Virus record (IMG/VR): IMGVR_UViG_3300025086_000013
Coordinates: 1 to 64,000 of that record
Source: a virus
DNA length: 64,000 nt
Strand: one strand, 5' to 3'
A program made the translations under genes and the position numbers. Of the stretch, positions 57,301 through 64,000 are shown in pieces. The notes under the pieces were generated by a model that made no database searches, was not told the DNA's origin, and worked only from the letters and a program-made list of their open reading frames with translations. Position 1 is the stretch's first letter; every line of letters begins with the position of its first letter.

Positions 57301-60300
57301 CCTTGTCTCCCTAAAAAGTTAACTAATGCAGCAAGTTCAGTTTTATTAAATGGCATATTTATTTGACCAGAGTATTCACTGTATACTTCATCTGCTGCTG
57401 CTTTTAAACCTCTTTCACCTTTAAACAAACTTCCATCAAATCTTTTTTTGAATGTATTTTCTTGTGCTTCAAAATCTGCTATAAACTCATCTCTTGATCC
57501 ATCATATAAACTATTGTCTGTTAACTCTGAAAATCTTTGACCATATAATCCACTTGCACTAGATTCTGAATTTTTTAATAATTGTCCATTTGCACTTTCA
57601 ACAGCTATAATACCTGCCTTAAGTTTATTATAATCAACATGATAATCATCTATTCTATCTTGAGGTATTCTTACAGGGTTACCATTTTGGTCAACATTAT
57701 TAGGATCATAGTACATTCTACCATATAATTCAAAAGGTTTACCAACTATTTTTTCTGCTGGTATAGTATAAGAACCATCTTCTCCTTTTTCTCCAAATAA
57801 CCAACCTGCTGAAGCAAATGCTCCTTTCATAGGTATATCAAAATCAAACTGATCATAATAAGAAACATAAGGGAGTTTGCGTTCTTCATCATAACCCTTT
57901 GAAAGTTTATAATTATTCATAGCAAAACCTCCAGAAGAAGAATCTTTTATATATAGATTATCTTCTTGTTTTGAATTTTCAGTTTTTGGTCTTTTCTTTA
58001 AAAACTCATATGATAAAACATCACTCCATATATCATCATCCCAATTAAAAGAAAAATATTTTTTAGCTTTTTTTATTGCACCTTTAATAGTTGGTGAAAA
58101 TTTTGATTCAGATATAGTATTATTTTCTGGTTCAAAACCTAAATATTTATCCCAAAGATCTTGTGAAGATTGTTTAATATATTCAGATTGTTCTGGTGGT
58201 AAATTTAAATTTTCTCCAAAAGTATCCCATGTTTGAGTTTTTCCATCCCATTCAAATGGTAATTTTTCACCAGCAATTAGTTCTTTAAAAGCATGATCTA
58301 TATTATATCCAATTGGAGTTACAGAAGATCTCATACGTTGTGCTAGCATTCCTGGTTCTACTTCTCCTTTTTTCTGAAACCTTACAAGTTCTGCTCCATA
58401 CTTAGCTTTAGGTTTTTCAGATTTTTGTAACATTTTTTGAAGAACCTCATAATTTTTTTGACCATAAGCATTTTTAAATATATCTAAATCTCTAATTAAA
58501 TCTTCACTAGTATAATCTTCTCTTTTAGTAGCATCTAATATTGCTTGTCCTGATGTATTTATTTTTGAAGATTGTTTAGTATTTTGTAATTCTCCCATAA
58601 GTTCTTCAACGGTTTCAGAAATTTTAGGAACGTATCTCCATTGATTTTTTCCAAAATAACCAGAATCATCTTTTACTAGATCATAATGTTCTCTTTGGTA
58701 TTCTGCTCCAGGATCATCTGATTTTAACCAGTCAAGTTCGTTTTGAAATGAATCATGTTTATCAGATTTTAAAAGCCATCCATCTTTTCCTACAGAAGGT
58801 CCATGATATTTATTATCATATGTTTCAGGAATCCAACCTTCTTCTCCCCAATAATCAGATTTTTTACTTTGATTAAAATCTTTTGGTTTACCCATAGCCT
58901 CCCAAAGACCTTCCATATTATAGTTAGGATCTTCTGTTTTAAGATTTTCTGGCAAAGTGTTTACAAAAGAGTTATAATCATCTCTTTCATTTTGCATATC
59001 AGGAGTTAAAACAATTTCTGGAATATCTCCAGTAAGAGGTGGTGAACCATAAGAAGCACCTGCTGGTTTAGGAACAAATCTAGATCTTTGAGGTAATTGT
59101 GTTTTTGGATTAGTTGGCATACCATCTATAGTTACCGGATCTAAAGTTATTGTTTGAGAATCTCTCCAATATCTAAAATCAGGATTACTTATATAATCTA
59201 GTAAATCATCATGTTTATGATTAAATCCTTCATCTCTAAAAGCTTGTTTTAATCTTCCAGGATTTTGAAACCACTTCATATCTTTTTGTGAAACTGCAAA
59301 TCTAATACCTCCTCTATCATTTACAATATCTATTTCACCAGTTCTAGGATCTAAACGTAAATGGTCCTTTCCTATTAAATTGTATTTTTGTTTTATATCA
59401 CCAGGAAGCATGTATAAGTCTTCATCTCTAAGTGTATAACTTAAAGGAGTTTTATCACCATAATAATTCCAACCACTCCATGTTTTACCTTGTTTGTTAA
59501 CTCTTAAATCTCTTTGATAACCTTGTTGATACCATTCTTCACGTCCATATTCTTTTCTTTCTTCTGGTGTTAAATCAAACCAACTACTATATTGACTTAT
59601 GGAGCCTTTACCTTTTTTCTTTAAATCTGTTACATATTCTGGATTAAGATTAGCAAGCCCTGATTGATCATTTCCACGTGCATAAGTTCTCCATCCACTA
59701 TTACCTTTGTATTCAAGAGTGTATGTTTTCTTACCTCTATCATTAATATTTTCTCTAACCCTCATGTTTCCTGTAGTGTTATGGACTAAACTTGGCCAAG
59801 CTTGTTGAGAATGTTTTTTTGTATCTTTAAATAATGATTTACCTCTATAGCTTAAAAAATTATCTAATTCGTGTCTTTCTATATCAAAGTATCTTCTTTT
59901 ATATTTTTTATCTTTATAATCATATTCTTCATAATCTGTCCAATCATTTGCAGGAACATATTTTTTTTCATTAGCTCCATACTTTTTAATTTCCCACTCT
60001 TCTTTTTCATCATCATCCTCTCCTCCTTTCTGATATATGTTTAAATCTAATAATGGTTTTCCTGTATTAAGTTTTTCTTGTACTATATTTTTCATAAAAG
60101 GTGCAAAGGGTCCTCTATTGTCTGGCATATTTTCATATTTGTTTAACCATTCTTTTAATTCAGGTTTACTATATTCATCAATTCTTCTTTGAAATAATCC
60201 TAAATCAGATTTTGTTGGAATGTTATCTAATTGATGAGCTTGTGGAGACCATGCGCCTGACCATACATCATCAAATTTTCTTCTAGAGTGTAATCCAAAT

Positions 60301-61307
60301 TCTGGTGATTCTTGATGAGAATAAGGAGAAGATGCTGAACTACTTACACCTCTTAAACCATCTTGTCTATATGGATTATATTTTTCCCAACCTAAATAAT
60401 ACTTACGGTCATTCATATTAATAGGATCTAATTTTAACGAATTAATATATTGATTATGAATTTTTCCATTTTCTAATTTAAGTTGTTTATATTCTGTCAT
60501 TAAAGCATCTCTTTCAGATTTAGAAATATTTTTATCAAATATTTTCATTCTAAGATTTTTAATTTTAGATGCATATTGCATACTTTCTTTACTTAATATA
60601 ACATCATATTTTGAATCTTTTAATCTGTTATACAGTTGATAATCTCCTGTAAAAATTTTTGTTTCATTTGGATATTTAAATTGACCATAAAAATATGTAT
60701 CATTTAATGAATTAGATCTAAGATTACCTGGATTAAGTTTCATAGCTCCATCCATTGGAAGATGTATAGTAGTTAGTGCATCATCCCAATTTCCTACATG
60801 ATGATTTATAACTGAACTTCCACTTCCAGAAAAATGTGTAGTACGTGCATTATTAATCAAGTTTCCATTTTGATCAAAATCTATATATCTTCCTTTATCT
60901 CGTCTTATTAAATTGCCTTCAAAAGGTTTTGTTTCATCTATAAAGTCAAATCTATTTCTTGAAATATTACCAGGCCCTTGCACATTAGATGTTGGATTTT
61001 GTTGCCCAGATGTTCCATAATTAGTAGTGTTTGGCTTTGGTTTTGGATTCCACCAATCTTTTATTTTAGAAATAATACCTTTTTTCTTTTTAGATCCTCC
61101 TCCTTGCATTAAAGGTACTTCAAATACTTCATTACCAGGAAATATATAATCAGCACCAGGCATCATAATTTGACTATTACCAAGGTTATCAGTTCCTCTT
61201 ACAGGAAAGTCTACACCTTTCATAGTTATATTACCTGATGGTATTATATTATAGGGATTGTTTTTATCCTTGCTATTTCTTTTATATCCGTTTTTACTAT
61301 ATTTCAT
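54324..61307 (-). CDS. Modular virion-associated peptidoglycan-active protein (2327 aa): 2x LysM, YkuD L,D-transpeptidase-like, two lysozyme/SLT-like modules
   Basis: LysM 'YKVKKGDNLTRIA..LNP' and 'YTIQDGDYLGKIA..LYPGQNLIV'; YkuD 'SLHG...SYGCINM'; SLT-like 'IIAVES...SASGLYG' and 'GVESGMG...SVGWTQI...DP..SA.AT'. Confidence 0.8.
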   Translation of the reverse strand: MKYSKNGYKRNSKDKNNPYNIIPSGNITMKGVDFPVRGTDNLGNSQIMMPGADYIFPGNEVFEVPLMQGGGSKKKKGIISKIKDWWNPKPKPNTTNYGTSGQQNPTSNVQGPGNISRNRFDFIDETKPFEGNLIRRDKGRYIDFDQNGNLINNARTTHFSGSGSSVINHHVGNWDDALTTIHLPMDGAMKLNPGNLRSNSLNDTYFYGQFKYPNETKIFTGDYQLYNRLKDSKYDVILSKESMQYASKIKNLRMKIFDKNISKSERDALMTEYKQLKLENGKIHNQYINSLKLDPINMNDRKYYLGWEKYNPYRQDGLRGVSSSASSPYSHQESPEFGLHSRRKFDDVWSGAWSPQAHQLDNIPTKSDLGLFQRRIDEYSKPELKEWLNKYENMPDNRGPFAPFMKNIVQEKLNTGKPLLDLNIYQKGGEDDDEKEEWEIKKYGANEKKYVPANDWTDYEEYDYKDKKYKRRYFDIERHELDNFLSYRGKSLFKDTKKHSQQAWPSLVHNTTGNMRVRENINDRGKKTYTLEYKGNSGWRTYARGNDQSGLANLNPEYVTDLKKKGKGSISQYSSWFDLTPEERKEYGREEWYQQGYQRDLRVNKQGKTWSGWNYYGDKTPLSYTLRDEDLYMLPGDIKQKYNLIGKDHLRLDPRTGEIDIVNDRGGIRFAVSQKDMKWFQNPGRLKQAFRDEGFNHKHDDLLDYISNPDFRYWRDSQTITLDPVTIDGMPTNPKTQLPQRSRFVPKPAGASYGSPPLTGDIPEIVLTPDMQNERDDYNSFVNTLPENLKTEDPNYNMEGLWEAMGKPKDFNQSKKSDYWGEEGWIPETYDNKYHGPSVGKDGWLLKSDKHDSFQNELDWLKSDDPGAEYQREHYDLVKDDSGYFGKNQWRYVPKISETVEELMGELQNTKQSSKINTSGQAILDATKREDYTSEDLIRDLDIFKNAYGQKNYEVLQKMLQKSEKPKAKYGAELVRFQKKGEVEPGMLAQRMRSSVTPIGYNIDHAFKELIAGEKLPFEWDGKTQTWDTFGENLNLPPEQSEYIKQSSQDLWDKYLGFEPENNTISESKFSPTIKGAIKKAKKYFSFNWDDDIWSDVLSYEFLKKRPKTENSKQEDNLYIKDSSSGGFAMNNYKLSKGYDEERKLPYVSYYDQFDFDIPMKGAFASAGWLFGEKGEDGSYTIPAEKIVGKPFELYGRMYYDPNNVDQNGNPVRIPQDRIDDYHVDYNKLKAGIIAVESANGQLLKNSESSASGLYGQRFSELTDNSLYDGSRDEFIADFEAQENTFKKRFDGSLFKGERGLKAAADEVYSEYSGQINMPFNKTELAALVNFLGRQGTREYLGYVVRDGKSLSEVFPSLYGENADQQNKTPEQYINHFRKSIEEYDKSSSYEDYILNNLPPEIVEKLLGDYTEEDVKEKQFEAGGEYEKNDKKIKTLQQQLKKYKEGGKVSGIVKDELFEYGLIDNDIPKLQDGGSVYKVKKGDNLTRIARSNDMTLEEVLELNPQYKSNPSHIRIDDSVKLKNESPSNNKKTPKLLYDDFKTFSEAFEKARENLGPNKIFDYRGNKFRTNLKGEAWTPTEADLENNGLNNGSTNDRIEIENTLVDSIYSDKNTPDYEDAVGPWRNIDRKINNNRDINKLQNVEKILFYEGENKPDETVEELSYTIQDGDYLGKIANENQTSIKQLLVDNGLSEDSTLYPGQNLIVKKPAGDPFLVVDKIAGKTHLYYPGQKDPTRSYNILIGENPGDQQTVTKPLDINKDGIINDDDKVWKNGKKLWTYDWSAGNMQTGAGIFTISNVDPDSGYWDETGQRRDVPSFNLTHDRMGEGENISMSLHGIPNTVNWEEKQQRKKGLYSHATDDNRQSYGCINMKCGDLNELLGTIKKGTNVYVLPEFKDQNTFIYQDGKLSFKGEVENPEHPETGEIGRNQGGWYFDSEDQVWREGQGIMRSAESIKYHPVSISIDKNKIQESNLDYNSYAAHEDMEFQKHTEPYLNAIVNNKKQILDALVKVNSGIPSDIYDMLIPTSFGIYGVESGMGNINPEILNMGLGISKASGIGNTNPDVNRKYHSWGQIGDIEIDYKGNKKKLSAKSSRDSVGWTQIKWDVALDDTEKELLNELGITSQHDLMDPQKSAIATQAIIAHRYNSRTDNFTAEQKSDQNYVRDYLAQTWNPERENYSKRVSNYYPLIDVYSLDIADVNQPGKVDVLGEYESSGFWKDVGNYILQPGAGNNNKPPEVHQTQNKIGSDNIYGIGTPKIKKGGAIKQNIPGGAFDLNTQIRIYNEYIDGKFDGTSDEKGVKKYIDKINRLYYTDAKKKGRHIYDHIRKL

Positions 61308-64000
61308 TATCTAAAGGATAGGTTAAGTTTTGTATTAACTAATTTAAGTAACATTTTTCTTTGATGAAGAATAACTTCTCCAGGTTGGAAATGGAATTCG
61401 TCTATCCAAAAACCTTCAGTTTCTTCAACTCTTTTTCTAAGAATTAAGTTATTTACATAATGTCTAAATTTCTTTCTTTCTAATTGAGGTTTATTATAAT
61501 CTAAATAAGCATCATTTAGATCTCTAATATAACCATTTAATTGAGTTATAAACATTGACTCAGAAACATTTCTGTTTGAAGTTATATCCCAAAATTGATC
61601 AAATCTATATTTTTGTTCTACTTTACTATATAGTATTTGAATGTCATTTGCACCAATTATTGGATAAGAAATTATATCATTTACATCAGGTGTTTGCTCT
61701 ACAAGAGTTAACAACCCAGAAACTTGTTCTGTATTATAAATAATAGCTTCATCAAAGTTATACATTAAATCATGCCATCTATCATCACATCCATAATTTA
61801 ATGCACAGCCTTCGTCATCTAATTGTACTTTGTATTCAAAAGCTTCCATTTGATATTCAACACTTCTTACTGTATTAACCGCTTGACCTACAGATTCTAC
61901 AAGTTCAATTTCCCATGGATATTGTATATCATAATAATTATTAAATAAATCACAACGTACATTATGTTTCCATAAACTGCTTGATTCAGTTACAGGAAAT
62001 ACTTGTGGTGCAATATTAAATTCATCTTCACAAATTCTTATTTTACATTCTACACCTATTGTTGACTCTTGTTCATTAAATATTGTTAAACAATCTATTT
62101 CTTCTGCTGGATCCCATGTTCCTATAAAATACATATCATAACCTTCTGGACACTCACATGTTAATGCTGTTAGTTCTATTCCAGTAGTACCACCAGGATC
62201 TACTATTTCAGTTATTGGATCATCAGTTGAGCATTCTAAACAACCTTCATCAAGAGCATCTTGTAAAGTAGGTTCAAGTCTTTGATCTATAACTACAGGG
62301 TGAAATTCCCAAGGAAATTCAAAATCTCCTGTACCTATACCCCATTGACCATAACCCATAATTGTTGCATATTGAACATTTGAATAAAAGTTAGCTGTAT
62401 CAGGTGGTATATTACCTGGGGGATCAAAACATCCAGGTGCTTCAATTGGATCTTCATTATCATCTAATTCACCAGCATCCCATGCTTCATATGTTTCTAT
62501 ATAAGTATCTTGATATGAATTTAAAGTATCTAAAGGACCTCCAAAAAATCCAAAATCAGGATCTGGATCATATGCAGTACAAGAATGAGTATGAGATGCA
62601 CCAAGGTTATGTCCTATCTCATGCATTACAACTTTAAAAGACCAAGATGAATCAAAATCAGAATTTAAAAATCCTTCAGGATTAAATTCTATATTTTGAC
62701 TTAAAGGTGCAGCAATACCATAAGCTCCTGGAGTTGATTCACAATAATCTGGTGATACATCATGGTTACATACTCCACCTATACCCCATGCTTGACCACC
62801 TTCAAGAACTTCATCATTCATACTAAATATATATACTAAACTTCTGTCAACTGCAATTAAATCTGGATCTGTTGTCCACTCAGCAATAAGAGTTTGTAAA
62901 TAACAAGTTCTAATTTTATGAATACTACCATTATCACAACCACCACAAGGAAAAGACATTGAAAAATTATCATTTAATGTCCATATACGAAGATAATTAA
63001 GTGTCACCTGTGTATCTAATTGATCTTCATATACTTCACTAACTCCAGCTATAATCATAGTCACCCAATCTGTAAGTGCATTAATATTATCTGCTTCATC
63101 ACCATTATTAAATTCTTCATAAGTATACTTATCAATTTCAATTGCCATTTTAATACAACCTCCAGTTGAAGATCTAGCTTGTTTTGCAGATGCTTTTCTT
63201 GCTGCTTTTGTAATATCATCAGTGGTTGCACAATCAAATATTGGAATTCGTTTTGAATCAAATGTATTATATAAAATATATTTAGTTTTATCTTTACTTG
63301 CTTTCTTTTTAACATCTGAATCTTCAACAGTAAATTCATAAATTTTCTTACCCTTTCTAATTACTCCAAACATTTTAGTTTCCATAAATGTTATAGATCC
63401 TTTTAAATCTTTTTCTCCACGAATTTTATATGAAACTGCTTTAGATACATATGGATCTTTCACTCTTCCTTTTTCTGTTTCTAAAACTACTTGAAAATCT
63501 TTTGAATGTACATTGACAAGTTCTAATGGTAATTTAAGAGTTTGGTTATCCATAAAAGGAACAGTTATACTAAATCTTTTAGGCTTTGATAATCTAATGT
63601 CTTTAAGTATACTATCTTCTATTTCAAAGTAAATAGAATTATTTTTATTTTTTGTTACACTTGCATTTTCAATATGTATTCTATTAAATGGTGGCATATC
63701 ATCACCATCATCTATAATGGCAAAATCAAATGTAAAATCAGGAGTTCCTTGACCATAATTACCACCATATTCAACTTTACAACATTGTGGAGGATCTAAT
63801 GTTTCATCAAGTTCATAACCAGGACCACACTCCCAAGTTGCATCATTTATACACATACCAAATTCATCCATAGTATACCCTGGAGGACATATTGGATCCA
63901 ATCCTTTTATTGTATTAGTTGTAAGAAAATGATTATAACTAGACATAGTAAGTTCAGGATGCCAATCATGAAATGATATCCATCCTTTAATCTTAGGGTC
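61307..64000 (-). CDS. Tail stabilisation/muzzle-type protein, 5'-truncated, with inserted M12B reprolysin-like metalloprotease
   Basis: Frame is open to the window edge (DPKIKGWISFHDWHPELTMS...); 'W.SFH...P', 'LWKHN', 'YNTEQVSGLL', 'KFRH' motifs resemble crAss-like tail proteins; HEIGHNLGASH at 62591-62623 with Met-turn 'TIMGY'. Confidence 0.7.
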   Translation of the reverse strand, partial: DPKIKGWISFHDWHPELTMSSYNHFLTTNTIKGLDPICPPGYTMDEFGMCINDATWECGPGYELDETLDPPQCCKVEYGGNYGQGTPDFTFDFAIIDDGDDMPPFNRIHIENASVTKNKNNSIYFEIEDSILKDIRLSKPKRFSITVPFMDNQTLKLPLELVNVHSKDFQVVLETEKGRVKDPYVSKAVSYKIRGEKDLKGSITFMETKMFGVIRKGKKIYEFTVEDSDVKKKASKDKTKYILYNTFDSKRIPIFDCATTDDITKAARKASAKQARSSTGGCIKMAIEIDKYTYEEFNNGDEADNINALTDWVTMIIAGVSEVYEDQLDTQVTLNYLRIWTLNDNFSMSFPCGGCDNGSIHKIRTCYLQTLIAEWTTDPDLIAVDRSLVYIFSMNDEVLEGGQAWGIGGVCNHDVSPDYCESTPGAYGIAAPLSQNIEFNPEGFLNSDFDSSWSFKVVMHEIGHNLGASHTHSCTAYDPDPDFGFFGGPLDTLNSYQDTYIETYEAWDAGELDDNEDPIEAPGCFDPPGNIPPDTANFYSNVQYATIMGYGQWGIGTGDFEFPWEFHPVVIDQRLEPTLQDALDEGCLECSTDDPITEIVDPGGTTGIELTALTCECPEGYDMYFIGTWDPAEEIDCLTIFNEQESTIGVECKIRICEDEFNIAPQVFPVTESSSLWKHNVRCDLFNNYYDIQYPWEIELVESVGQAVNTVRSVEYQMEAFEYKVQLDDEGCALNYGCDDRWHDLMYNFDEAIIYNTEQVSGLLTLVEQTPDVNDIISYPIIGANDIQILYSKVEQKYRFDQFWDITSNRNVSESMFITQLNGYIRDLNDAYLDYNKPQLERKKFRHYVNNLILRKRVEETEGFWIDEFHFQPGEVILHQRKMLLKLVNTKLNLSFR

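Noticed and set aside
21668-63339. Numerous short ORFs overlapping the large genes (e.g. 23328, 27691, 38572, 45595, 52467, 56267, 62404 on +; 42167, 52559, 63061 on -)
   Set aside because: Shadow or out-of-frame ORFs within long coding genes, with Ser/Phe/Ile-biased composition expected from antisense reading of AT-rich codons.
61985-63895. Assigning the M12B protease (or the RNAP zincin) as the enzyme that cuts the QxGG motif
   Set aside because: No evidence links them; the specificity cannot be read from sequence and the head-morphogenesis genes lie outside this window.
1-64000. Stop-codon reassignment (known in some crAss-like phages)
   Set aside because: Very long ORFs are intact under the standard code, genes pack tightly, and TAG/TGA are used as real stops in places; no suppressor tRNA was seen.
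1-64000. tRNA/rRNA genes, integrase, transposase, reverse transcriptase/DGR
   Set aside because: No cloverleaf with T-loop GTTCRA in the short intergenic gaps, and no recognisable catalytic motifs; tRNAscan would be needed for certainty.

Overview
The window is a 64-kb slice of an AT-rich, lytic-looking dsDNA phage of the crAss-like (Crassvirales-related) group, probably infecting Bacteroidota/Flavobacteria. It is read with the standard genetic code. 1-8.6 kb (+ strand) is a replication/DNA-metabolism block: GT-B glycosyltransferase, PD-(D/E)XK exonuclease, family B DNA polymerase, DUF932-like protein, spore-photoproduct-lyase-like radical SAM enzyme and a DUF1599/MazG-like protein. It has Bacteroidota-type TAnnTTTG promoters and intrinsic terminators. 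8.7-64 kb (mostly - strand) is a late/virion block. From the right it encodes a truncated tail stabilisation/muzzle-type protein with an inserted reprolysin metalloprotease, three modular proteins (2327, 1364, 963 aa), a 1142-aa protein, a 5442-aa virion RNA polymerase (DFDID motif) and a 1917-aa cargo protein. It continues with a LamG-like fibre, four paralogous 'MATLT' proteins, a cluster of envelope-targeted proteins, a 3-TM holin and several very basic proteins. A class II ribonucleotide reductase island sits on the + strand inside this block. The most striking unexplained signal is a short motif, [Y/F/M/L/A]-[Q/K]-x-G-[G or x-E]. It recurs over 30 times in eight late proteins and falls at the junctions between unrelated modules, suggesting an undescribed polyprotein-processing or virion-cargo addressing system. 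A candidate phage-specific promoter (TTTTWGTATATTAT) and several real small ORFs missed by the ORF track were also found. All family assignments come from motif recognition by eye; no database searches were run.
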